Shown: positions 32,155-43,515 of the stretch, in pieces
Position numbering within the stretch: position 1 is the first letter of the stretch
How the letters are laid out: the number at the start of each line of letters is the position of its first letter
NCBI GenBank assembly: GCA_034780895.1
Contig: JAUZTB010000057.1
Location: 20,531,823 to 20,595,822, forward strand
DNA: 64,000 nt
Reading direction: 5' to 3'
Origin: Rhynchobatus australiae
Lineage: Eukaryota
The notes under the pieces: model-generated
Told to the model about the DNA's origin: nothing
Seen by the model: the letters and a program-made list of their open reading frames with translations, nothing else
Databases searched by the model: none
Position numbers and translations under genes: made by a program

Positions 32155-32183
32155 CTCCGGAAGATGAAGAGGAGAACAAGTAA
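32155..32183 (+). CDS. ATP2A2: SERCA2a-type terminal coding exon, tail APEDEEENK*
   Basis: Long pyrimidine tract ending tctcaacag|; G+CT CCG GAA GAT GAA GAG GAG AAC AAG TAA; the following UTR resembles the mammalian SERCA2a 3'UTR as recalled. Confidence 0.85.
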
Positions 32184-32929
32184 TTCCCTTATAAAATTTT
32201 CAGAAATCTAAGGTTCTTTTGTTATCGCGTGCATGTGTGTTTTTAAGCACAACTACCAAGACCATTGCATGTATAATGTGCAACGATAGTATGCTATTTG
32301 GAGGAAAAGTGTGTTTAAAATTTAGGACTTCAGAGAAACTGTACATTTGTGCAATACATCCTCATGAACTTTACAGTACTCCCAGAGAAGAAATGTTCTT
32401 TGCTAAAATGACGAGTCACCACCGTGGAGGACCCACATCTGTGTGTAAAATTTTATTGAATTTTTAAATTGTACATTATGGAAATGCACGCCTTCTGTTA
32501 AGTAACAGGGTCTGTGTATTAGGTCATCAGGACAACGAAGAACTACTTTATAAAAATGGCTATGTACAAATGCAAATATATTTATGAAACTTAGAAAAGA
32601 TACAAATCATGAATGTTTGAACTGTAAATTACATCCTGTAGGTTGACACTTTCATAACTTCAATGTATTTTTTTCTAAGGAAAGTTTTTTTTCTCTTTGA
32701 TGTGAGGCAAAATGAGAGAATTCCCTCTTGCACTGTAATTTAACAATTTTAAGTTGTATTGCATTAACAGACTGTTAGTGCATTAGGAATATTGTGATGC
32801 AGATATAACAAGAACCTGTCAGTTGCCAGAAAACAGCATGTTTAATGTTGAAAACTGTAAATAAGATCCTATGTTTATTTCAGTGCTGACATTGTAACAT
32901 GCAACACACACATTTCGTAAATTCAGGTA

Positions 32930-32935
32930 AATAAA
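32930..32935 (+). terminator. ATP2A2: Poly(A) signal of the SERCA2a-type terminal exon
   Basis: AATAAA about 750 nt after the stop codon, followed by T/GT-rich sequence. Confidence 0.7.
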
Positions 32936-35900
32936 GTTACTCTCCATTATATCATTTGTGATATTTCCTGTTTAAGCACAAGCCAAACGATAGTAATCTC
33001 TTCCATTTTTCTTTCATGTGATATTTTTTTTTAAAAAGTGGTGGTGGCGGGGGGGGGGGGTTTATAGAGGAAGGATGACGAATTGTTAAAGTGGGATTGC
33101 CTGTTCAGAATTCTACAGAATTGGCACAGAAGTTGAAGTACAGGCTAATAAACATCCCTGAAAGACCACAGTAATTTTTCAGTTGGTTCAAGTATTTTAT
33201 GATAAATTGTATTAAATAAGGATGTCTCCACATTCTGTTGATATTTTATTAAAGTATAGAGCAATTGGTGATTATTTGAAGACACATGATACTCAATTCT
33301 TCCTTTTGGCTCTGTTCTGCATTACCCAGGTGACGGACAGAATCCCATGTTATGCTCTGTCCTTGTAACTCCGGAGAATTTTGGGGCTGTTTCTATGTAT
33401 TCCTTTGTAAAGAGTTCCCTAGTTTAGTTATTTCTAGTTTTAGGACTCCCATCTGGTACTGTTAAAGAAAATAGTGGAACTGGACAACAATGTTCTATAT
33501 TTTGGAGAAGTGGAGTACAAAATTATATCAGCTAAATTCAACTTGATGAATAACTTCAAGGTACAGATAAATGCATTGTATAACCAGACATGCAAAATAA
33601 GCATGAAGAATTTGGATTTTTTTATTTGGTCCTGAAAACTCATGACTAAGGTTCCAATCTGGAAGATGGACTGAACATAAATCCTGAGGTAAATGCAACC
33701 TTCCTTTATGCCCATTAAAACACTCCGTGGATTTGAGAGAGAAATATATCAAATAACAAAATAAATGATCAGCCATTATATCACATGAAATTTTGAGTTG
33801 AGTGGAGGAGGGGGAGATCAGATCCTGCTGATTTTATGATGCACAAAATAGCTTTTAGTTTTAAATTTTAAGTACGCAGAAATGCAATAATTGATTTGAT
33901 AAGACTTAGGATTGTGCTATATCTGTGTGTTTTTAATCAACTAGTACAAATTTCTTGCCTCTGATTAATGTTGAATTCATTTTGGCAGTTGCTCAAAGTA
34001 CCATCTGTTTCAAGCACACTCCCAGCCCTTCAATCCCAAATGCATATTCCATACCAATGACCAGCTGCTTTTACTTCTCATATCACCATTTAGTTTATGC
34101 ATTCTATCACCTTTGTTCATATCCTTTTACCAATTTCCATTTGCTGACCTTGGTCTGATTGTCTTCCAGTTATCTAAATCAAATTAAAATTGTCCTCCAC
34201 ACCTTTATGCTTTTTCTGTAACTTGCACCAATACTACATGTCATCTACCCCCTCTCCTGTATAAATTGTTCCTCTCATTCTACTGCCTTTCCCTTTTCCT
34301 CCTCAAAATCTATTTCTTTGACCGTTTTGGCCTTGATACCTGTGTGGTGTTTTGGGATGCTCATTTTAAAAATTGAAATGAAGTTGCTTATGGTGATGAT
34401 CCCACCCCTCTGTTTAGTAACTGAAGAGATGAAGTAAAAATCTTGTCTTTGGAGTTAGCCTGAACATGCCTTTTCAATCTAACTTTTATTCAGCAAATTA
34501 AGTACAATGGAACCACTTGGCTTCTCTGCAATACCAAGTGAATACAAATGGCAGCTAGTATATGGAAAGGAATTATCCCATTTTTAATTTGTACCTTTCA
34601 AGAAATCATCTGGGGGAATTGTAGTAATCAAGTGATATATTGGGCTGGAATTTTCTGGGATCAGTGAATTTCCATTTTGGAAGTGGTGGCATTTCTTAGG
34701 AAAAGTTCAGATCAAAAGTCAAACTGGTTAGTTAATGGTAAAAAATAAATTCCACAGTAAAACATTAAAGGTAAACCCGACATTCTGATTATCTTGCTCA
34801 TTATTTAACTATTTCTGTTTTTCAAAAAAAGCTTTCACTCAGTGTTACACAGTCCATCTCATTTTAAATCATTTGTGTAGCAAGGATTAAATGGGATGGA
34901 TGTAGTAGGTGGTAGTAGTAGGTCTTAGTTGGTTACACGTCTGTTCTGTGGCTTAATTTTGTCTGCCCTGTAACTAATGGCTTTTGGGAAGTAGTGAAAT
35001 GCATAGGGTGTCATCATTGGACTTGAGCTTTAAATTACAATTTGGACTCTTGGAAATTTGACTCATCAGCTGCCTGAAAATCCAAATGCTAGAATTATTC
35101 CAGTAATAGTTATTTCCCAAGAGGATACTTTTTAGCAAGTTCACTTGGAACAATATGCCATAGAATTGCAATGCGTGCAGTACCAATGGCCTTGCCAGAC
35201 TCTAGGATTGTGGCATTCCGGGGAGACCTTGGGTCTGGATTAAGTGTGGAGCTAAGATGCATGTGAGGAGATGCTTTGTGCTGTGTGATACGGAAACTGG
35301 GATTTAAAATGTGTGGTGCAATGGGGGAAACATAAATGTCCAGTGGCTGAAAGTGGATCCTAATGCACAAGAACAGAATTTAATGTTCCATCCTGTAGAA
35401 TGTAAAAATTGTGCTACCCAAGGGATCAGAGCATTAATGGTGTTTTGGAATATGTGAAAAGTGAATCTGTGGTCATTAAGACCATATTGGTCTACAGCAA
35501 CTTTTCTAATTTATTGCAGCACCAGATTTATAATCTTGGGCCTGCGCTCTTAAATCTTGACTTTAAAGATGTTTTCTTTAAATTTGCATGTAATATGGAC
35601 GCTTTTTTCCCGACGGGTTTGAATTTACAGGTGAAAGGTCATTGTCACTTTAATGAGTTGCTAATTTTAGATGAACCTGCATTTTAATTGTTCATCCAAT
35701 TACTTTGCTTAATTAAAATTTGGAAAATGAACAATCCATTCCCACTTCATAACTAGAAATGTTTAAAAAAATTTATTTTCACACATCTATTATATGTCTA
35801 TATGGAAGTACTTCTGCCTTCTATTAAATCTTGGAAGCATGAGCAAAATTGCAGCAGATTTGGAGCAAAACCTAAGCGGTTAATCGGTTTAAATTTGTCT

Positions 35901-36649
35901 TAAATATGATAGAGCTCTTTTATTTCCTGTCCAATGTTTTTAAAATTTGATGGGTGAAGTGAGGCTATAGGAAAATAGAGTTTTAGCAGAGCATGAAGCG
36001 GGTTACTGAGGATGGTGGGACATTTGTTTTCACTTGTGCCCTTTATTAAAAATAACACCCAATAGTGCAATGAGATCTGTGTTGAAAACAGAATTGATNN
36101 NNNNNNNNNNNNNNNNNNNNNNNNGTGTAAATACTGAGTGACAAATTGCATGCAATGCAAATAACAAACAGTACATGGTACATGAGAACTCCATATTTAA
36201 AAAGTAAACCTTGTCAGCTCATAACTTATGTCTGTATAAGTAGTTCCTTGGCATGCTTTCAGTTTGACAGTATTCTCTTTATGGGTCTATTTCACCATTG
36301 GGTGATAGAAACAGCAAATATCTGGCAAGTTTACAAATTGCATGCACAGAATAGAAAGATACATGATTAAATTTGACAATGCAAAAAGTAGATTGCATTG
36401 TCAGCAGCTCAAATGTGTTGCAAAAAAGTATAAACAGAATAAATAAATGGGCAGTTGACAGATGGATTATATTGTAGGCTTCCATTCTAGGTTTTAAAAA
36501 TTGGACAATACTACCTCTGCATATGAAATGTTTAAAGCAGTGGATTAATTTAGAGTCCTAGAATAAAAATCATTAAAATGTCATAATGCTGGAACTATGC
36601 AGCATATCATAGATCAGTGCAAAAATAATTAAAAATTAATGAAATAATG

Positions 36650-37090
36650 GGCTTCACATCTAGTGAAATGACCAAATGGGGTACAGCTATATAAAGCTCA
36701 AGTTGAAGTATGTCTGCATTCTGCCACAACTAGAGTGGGATCTATTGGCTTTGTGAGAGTGTTGGCTTACCGGAATAATTCCTGGGTTAAGGGTAAGATT
36801 ACAGGGTCAGATTACATGAACTGGAGCTGGAATTCAGGAGGTAGAGGCAAATTTGATTGAAGTGTTCAAGATGTTTATGATAAACTATTCTGTTGGAAAG
36901 TCTGGGAACTTGAGGCATAATTTAAAAAAAATTAAGAGCTGAGCCTTTCAGGTATTAGGAAAGAATGGTATAAATTTGGAATCTGTCTGCAATGTACAGT
37001 TTATACTAATGTTAAATCTGAGAGTGATAGTTTTGATAACTAAAGGCATCAAGAAGTACAGAGAAAGGCAGCTTTATGAAGTTATGTTAA
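36650..37090 (+). mobile_element. Degenerate CR1 3' fragment
   Basis: gaggcaaatttgattgaagtgttcaagatg (DLIEVFK-like) and flanking CR1 C-terminal remnants. Confidence 0.5.
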
Positions 37091-38269
37091 TCAGCTCACA
37101 AAAGTGGTCCAGATTTGTACTCCTACGCAACTCTGAAACTTGTGGCACTGGATCTAATACTTAAAGCCAAATGAGTCCATGAAAAATGTAATCTTTTACA
37201 CAAATAGCAGATAGCTGGTAAACACATATCTTTATAAGCAGTATATAATCCAGACATAAATTAAGAATTTCTGCAATATGTGGCTCTGCTTATCAGGAAC
37301 TGACAATGGAACATTAACAACCCAATATGCAACCCATTAAATGTGAAAAATATTTCATGGTGATGCAGTCTGCTACCCCAGATGCAGTTATTTAGTTTCA
37401 ACATTTAAGTGTTAAACTAGTTGTTGCTCCACTGCCACAGAGAATATTCAGATGCATTGGTGTATGCAATCATTTTAGAAATGAAAGTAATTTGCCATGT
37501 CTTATGTAGAGTACATAATTTTGAGATCTGATACGTCTTCATTAAGAAAGTTTACATCTAATATTCTTCCCCCCCCACCCCCGTTTTACCCTAAGCAATT
37601 TGTGAATTTTTTTAAATTTTAGAATGCTCTACTGAAAGGGATTAAGGACTATAATGGTGAATTGTCATTTGGGGTCCATTGTTAAATAAATAATATAGTA
37701 ATTCATTTTTTAAAGTTCTTGTTTTCAAGTTATGGGTTTTTGCATATACTAGTAATTAGTAAGCAAAGATATGTAATATATTTTTCCTGTGCCATTAACA
37801 TCTACACAGGATATCAAAAGGAACAATTGATTAAAACGTTTTTTGAAAAGACCAGCTTATTGCAGTAACTGACATAACTGAAGATTGAGTTTGGTAAGGA
37901 TTTGCTATGTGCCATTTTCACTTGTTCTTTTGAAGTCATTTGATGTACTGTGGATTCTACTAAAGAAAAGTGCTATCCAGGTTCAAAGCTCGATTGTTTT
38001 GAAAAGGAATGCTGATCTAATTTATTTCTCTTTCACATCATTGTTGACAATTTCCTATTACTCTTCAAAATTAAAAGTGGACCAGTGACTGATGCTTTAT
38101 AGTTTCATTCCAAGTGAATGATGAGAGGTGAGGTGATGTGGAGTAAGACATAATGCAGGTGAGGTGATGTGGACTAAGACATGATGTCTTAGTCCTTGTT
38201 TTTTAAAGCCAATAATTTGGGACAAAATTGGCACTGAACTGTGAAGGACAGTAGCAAAGTGATTGATTT

Positions 38270-38497
38270 ACTGGTCCAGTGGCCAGAGAATTGGCAGCTG
38301 ATTCAGGAACATGAATCTCACCATTGCAACTGGGGAATTAAAGTCCAAGTACTTAATATCTGGAAATGTGGGGGAGAAAAGGTCAGTGGCAGCAATGATG
38401 ACCACGGAACTAGTGGATTGTTATAAAAACTACTCATGTTCGTGAATGTCCACGAAACTGCTTTCCTTACCCTAGTAACTCCGGATCCACCAATGTG
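38270..38497 (+). mobile_element. SINE-like interspersed repeat, same family as 23025-23270
   Basis: Shared blocks, e.g. aatgatgaccacggaactagtggattgttataaaaac and ccttaccc. Confidence 0.45.
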
Positions 38498-40539
38498 ANN
38501 NNNNNNNNNNNNNNNNNNNNNNNNNNNNNNNNNNNNNNNNNNNNNNNNNNNNNNNNNNNNNNNNNNNNNNNNNNNNNNNNNNNNNNNNNNNNNNNNNNNN
38601 NNNNNNNNNNNNNNNNNNNNNNNNNNNNNNNNNNNNNNNNNNNNNNNNNNNNNNNNNNNNNNNNNNNNNNNNNNNNNNNNNNNNNNNNNNNNNNNNNNNN
38701 NNNNNNNNNNNNNNNNNNNNNNNNNNNNNNNNNNNNNNNNNNNNNNNNNNNNNNNNNNNNNNNNNNNNNNNNNNNNNNNNNNNNNNNNNNNNNNNNNNNN
38801 NNGGTGATTTTGCAGATGGGGGGATATGTATAGTAGTGTTCTCTAGACACCGTTCATTTTGATAAAAATGATTTGGATTCAAGCATAAATTCAAAGCTTG
38901 CAGATGGCATGAAAGTTAAAAATCTAGTAAGCAATGGTGAGAATAGTAACTGATTTTCATAGAATATAGATTGGTGAAAGGGACATATTTAACACTGGTG
39001 TGAAGTCTTGGTTGGAAGAGAGATGTGGTTGAATTATGTGCAGGGAGTAAGCAGGAGTTTAAGTCTGCATTCTTATTGCAATGAGGCAAGCATGCATATA
39101 TCTGTAACTCAATATATTTCTTGAGTTACTAGGGAAAACAGTTCCTTCACTTTACTGTATGCATATCCCAAATTAAGCAGTGCAATTTAAGGGGTTGTAG
39201 GAGCAGAGAGATCTAAGATGTATGTAAACAGATCTTTGAAGATGTCAGGGAAAGGTGAAGAGAATATACAAGAAAGCTTTGCTGTAATAAAAACAATACA
39301 GAAGTAAGTTCTGCTATACAAATCACCGTATCTTTAACTAGTATTGTTCAGTGAGGCACCACACCCGAGGGAAGCTTGTGAAGAAACTGTGAGATGTCAG
39401 TTATGTGGAAGTTTGTTTTCCCCCCCTCTGAGGAGAAAAAGTTAAATTTAATAGAGNNNNNNNNNNNNNNNNNNNNNNNNNNNNNNNNNNNNNNNNNNNN
39501 NNNNNNNNNNNNNNNNNNNNNNNNNNNNNNNNNNNNNNNNNNNNNNNNNNNNNNNNTTAATAGAGGTAAGTAACATTCTATAAGGATTTGGATAAGAGTG
39601 AGTAAAGAGAAAACACTTGCAAATGTAAAGGTAATGATTGCCATTAATAAATACTCCAGGAAAAAAAGGATCCTGCACAAAAATATCAGCAGCTCTACAT
39701 GGAAATTACAGCATTTTTCTGCCATTAACTTCAGGATTTCCACACAAATTAGGAATTCCCAAACTTGCTGGATGACCTCAACAACTTTGACTCCAATCCA
39801 ACACTGAACTGCACAAAGTCCAGCAGCAGGGTGCAAACTTGCAGCAATCGCCCAACATTTGCTCTGGGGAATCTGCCCACTGAATCTGTGCCTGGTTAAA
39901 CTTAGCACATTGAATACCATCTCCATTTACTGTATACAGGGAGGACCATCTGTGAGAGAAAAGTCAGGAACTTATTTACAATTTTTGACTGGGTTGAATT
40001 TCTTTATTGTTTAAATATGTTCTTAAGTGTTTTAGATGTATCATTCAATTTCATTAAAAATATAATTTTGGATGGTTTGTTTTGCTAGTTTTTGAATGTA
40101 GATGACATTCAGTAATATACCTTCTTAAAGTTTGACTCCAGACAAAAGCAGAGGTTGCCAATTTTTCTTCAGCTGTTAAGAGCTCAAGTTGATAAGACTG
40201 GAACAGCAAAAGAGAAACTTGCAGCTGCATGGGTGTCTTGCCACTGGCAACAACTTCTGCCCAGTATTTTAAACAAAGTTATGGTCTGGAACGCAATGCC
40301 TGCAAAGATTGTGGAAGAATATCCAAGTAGGGAATTGGATAGATACTCCATTGTTATGATGGAGGGGAGGAGGACTAGTTGGTGCTCTTTCAAACAGGAG
40401 ATACAGGCATAAAAATCTCCCACAGTATAAACCCAATAATGTAGAACGNNNNNNNNNNNNNNNNNNNNNNNNNNNNNNNNNNNNNNNNNNNNNNNNNNNN
40501 NNNNNNNTACTTGCACAGGTTGGGAAGCTGTACAAATTA

Positions 40540-41180
40540 AGCCTCACTTCAGGGTTGGAGCATGTGGTTAAGGCAGCATCTTCAATGTAGCACTGAGGGT
40601 GGTGGTGTCTTTTGTGAGATGTTAACCAAGATCCTTTATACCTTTTAAAGATCTTGTGACACTTGTTATTAGAGGAATTCCATTGTACTGGTTTCTCTGG
40701 CTGTTTATAGACCTTCATTTGCTGTGTGCATGTTGGCTGATCCAAATGATTATACTTCAGAAGTAATTTAATGGCTGTGAAGTGCTCTGGTCTGTTCTGA
40801 AGGTGTGGAAGACACTATAAGTTGCATGTCAGCTGGTAGAACTTTTCTGAAAGAGGAAGCAGCAGGTGGAAGTTCAAAAATTTAGACTGAAGCTCTACTG
40901 CAGCACTGAGGGAGCACTGCCATGTGAAGGTGCCCTCTTAAATGAGATGTTGAATCTAATCCAAGTTTACTCTCTGGTCATAAATATTACATGACAGCAT
41001 GTTGAAGAGGAGGAGAGGATTATTCCCCAGTGTTCAGGCCAGTATTTATCCCCTAACTGTTGTGGCAGCATGAATTGGCTGCTGCACTTCCTAAGTCAGA
41101 GCAACCTTCAAGGATGTTCCTCTGGCTGCAATGTGCAATGCTCTAAGAGTGGCAAAGAATCTCTTTGAATGCAACTACTT
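40540..41180 (+). mobile_element. Two head-to-tail Deu-domain SINE copies (about 40540-40830 and 40850-41180)
   Basis: Both contain agcactgaggg...tgagatgtt; the second also has gaagaggaggagaggattattccccagtgttcaggccagtatttatccc, typical of the DeuSINE core. Confidence 0.7.
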
Positions 41181-42350
41181 CAGAGGCAAGTGTATGAGTC
41201 TGGTCTAGTGATAATTAGAATGTTGGGATTAAACTTGTGGATAAGGAAGACAATTTGCCTAGTTTGAATTCATCCTTGTTAAAGAATCCAGCAATCTCCC
41301 CTCACATCACATTGCAACATTCATTTTCTTAATTCTGGAATTTTTGCTGTCAAGTATAGTTCATGGAGAACTTCCTCATTAAGTCCTAAAGCCACCTTTT
41401 TATTAAAAATAATCTCATTTTCCAATTCCCACAGGTTGAATCAGATGGTTCTCAATCTTTGTACTCCAATTGCTCTGGTATTCTCTCCCATCTCAGCAGC
41501 TCTGTACCATAACCTATCTCTGCCAATGGCACAATGCTACTGCAAAGATTTAGAGTTAAAGATTGATTATACCATTTGCTCTCTTGACTTGCCTTCCATC
41601 TTAAACTTGAGCTCATCCAAAATCTTGTTATCCACCATTGACTCCCAGTCCACCAGCTCTTCAGTTTAGAAATACTGACTATGGATTTATCCTTAAGCCC
41701 TACCTCTTTGACGAGCTTTTTAGTCACCACTCCTAATACCACCACCTTTGATACCGTTAATTGAAGGTACTGGGTTGCTATTCTTAAATATAAATACATT
41801 TCTTAAATATAAATACATTTCACAAGATAACTAGAATATAGTTTAGTGATCCTAATCACTATGCAGCAGGACTTGGAAGACAGATTCAGTAGATAAGATG
41901 AACTAAATAAAGCCCTAACATATCAACCAATAGCTCTTCAGTATATATATTCCTGAATTATCTAAAAATAAAATGCCATCTTAGAATTGTTATGCAATAA
42001 AAATGATTTATCTATTGCAACAAAAGGAGTATATTATTCATTAGCCTCTGTTCAAAAAATGTTTATTTTTGTCTCTTTGAAAGTCGTGAGCATAATCAGC
42101 AAGACAAAAGAGTGGTTATCTAAACTGAATCCTGAATTTGAGGTTTCATTTGAGCTCAGTAATTGAAGTGATGAGTCACTCGGATGCTGTTGAACAGCTC
42201 AGAGCTGAATAGGAAATGGGAGTTTCTCCTGGCACACTTCCTCTGCACTGAAGATGAGATAGAAATGCAAGTTCAGTGTACCCCATCTCCTCAATGTGTT
42301 CTCCATTGACTATGTGTTTGATTTACTACACTGAAGACATTTAATGTGAC

Positions 42351-42500
42351 ACACACGATGCTGGAGGCACTCAGCAGGTCAGGCAGCATCTATGGAGGGA
42401 AATAAACAATCAACATTTCAGATTGAGACCTTTCATCAGGGCTGGTGAAGGTGTGTGCAGGTTCCCCCAGATTCCAGCATCTGCAGAGACTCCTGTGTCT
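42351..42500. mobile_element. Short Penelope-type repeat with a hammerhead-like motif on the - strand
   Basis: gatgctggaggcactcagcaggtcaggcagcatctatggagggaaat...ttccagcatctgcag with inverted ends; - strand reads CTGATGAAAGGTCTCAATCTGAAATGTTG. Confidence 0.7.
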
Positions 42501-42639
42501 CAATCGTTTAATGTCTTGTGTTTCAGACTGTGGAGTTAGTGCAGGTTATTAGTATTGGAACTTGGAATTACTATTGTCCTTCTCAGTGCCCCTTCCAAAA
42601 ATGTACAATTCTTTTGATGAGCAGGACTGTAAAGTATGC

Positions 42640-43515
42640 TGTGGGTAAAGTGGGAATTGGTAGATGTACTATACTTTCCAGAAGGACTTTTGATATGGTG
42701 CTACAGCAAAGGCTAGTGCAAAAAATAAAAGCTCGTGGTGTACTACATATCATAATAGAGAGGGGTGAAGATTAGTTGGCCAACAAGAAAGGGAGAGAAG
42801 GCACAAATGGTTCTTTTGGTTGACTAGATGTAACGTGGTGTGCCACAGGGATTGGTGCCAGGGCCTTAGCTCCATACAATTTTTATAAATGATTTGGATG
42901 AGTGCATTGACGATATGGTTGCTAAGGTAGATGGGAAAATAGTTATAGAAAGGACATAGGGAAGTTACCAAAGGCAATATTTGAAAGGATACATTAGAGA
43001 TTTAATGAGTAGGCACAAATCTGGCAATGGAGTTTAATGGGGGAAAATGTGAAATTATCCAATTTGGCTGGAATCACAAAAAGAGAGCACATTTTCTAGG
43101 TGGTAGAGATTACAGAACTGAGATGCAAAAGGATTGGAGTCACAGACCGCAATTCAGAGGTGTAGCAGTATTGCAAGTAATCACGAAGTTATAGAAAATT
43201 ATTAATGTTTGTGTAACTGAATACACAAGTAGGGAGATTATGCTTCAGCAACAAAAGAGCATTGTTAAGAGCACATCCTTGAATAATTGTTGCCTTCTTT
43301 AAAGAAAGATATTAAAGCATTTGAAGTAGTTCAAAAAAGCTTACAGGGCTAACACCTGAAATGCTAAATTGTCCTATGAGGAAGGGTTGGACAGGCTGGA
43401 TTTTGGAAAAGTGAGAGTAAACCTGAATGAGCATGAGATCCAGTCACTTGACAGGGATGTATGCAGAGGGGAATATTTCTTGGGAGAATCTAGAATTAAT
43501 GGTTATTGTTTTAAA
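42640..43515 (+). mobile_element. Degenerate CR1 RT fragment
   Basis: gtggtgtgccacagggattggtg (GVPQG), ataaatgatttggatg (INDLD), tggcaatggagtttaat (WQMEFN-like). Confidence 0.75.

Noticed and set aside
39348-39926. 192-aa - strand ORF
   Set aside because: It spans a gap and CR1 remnants, with no recognisable domain.
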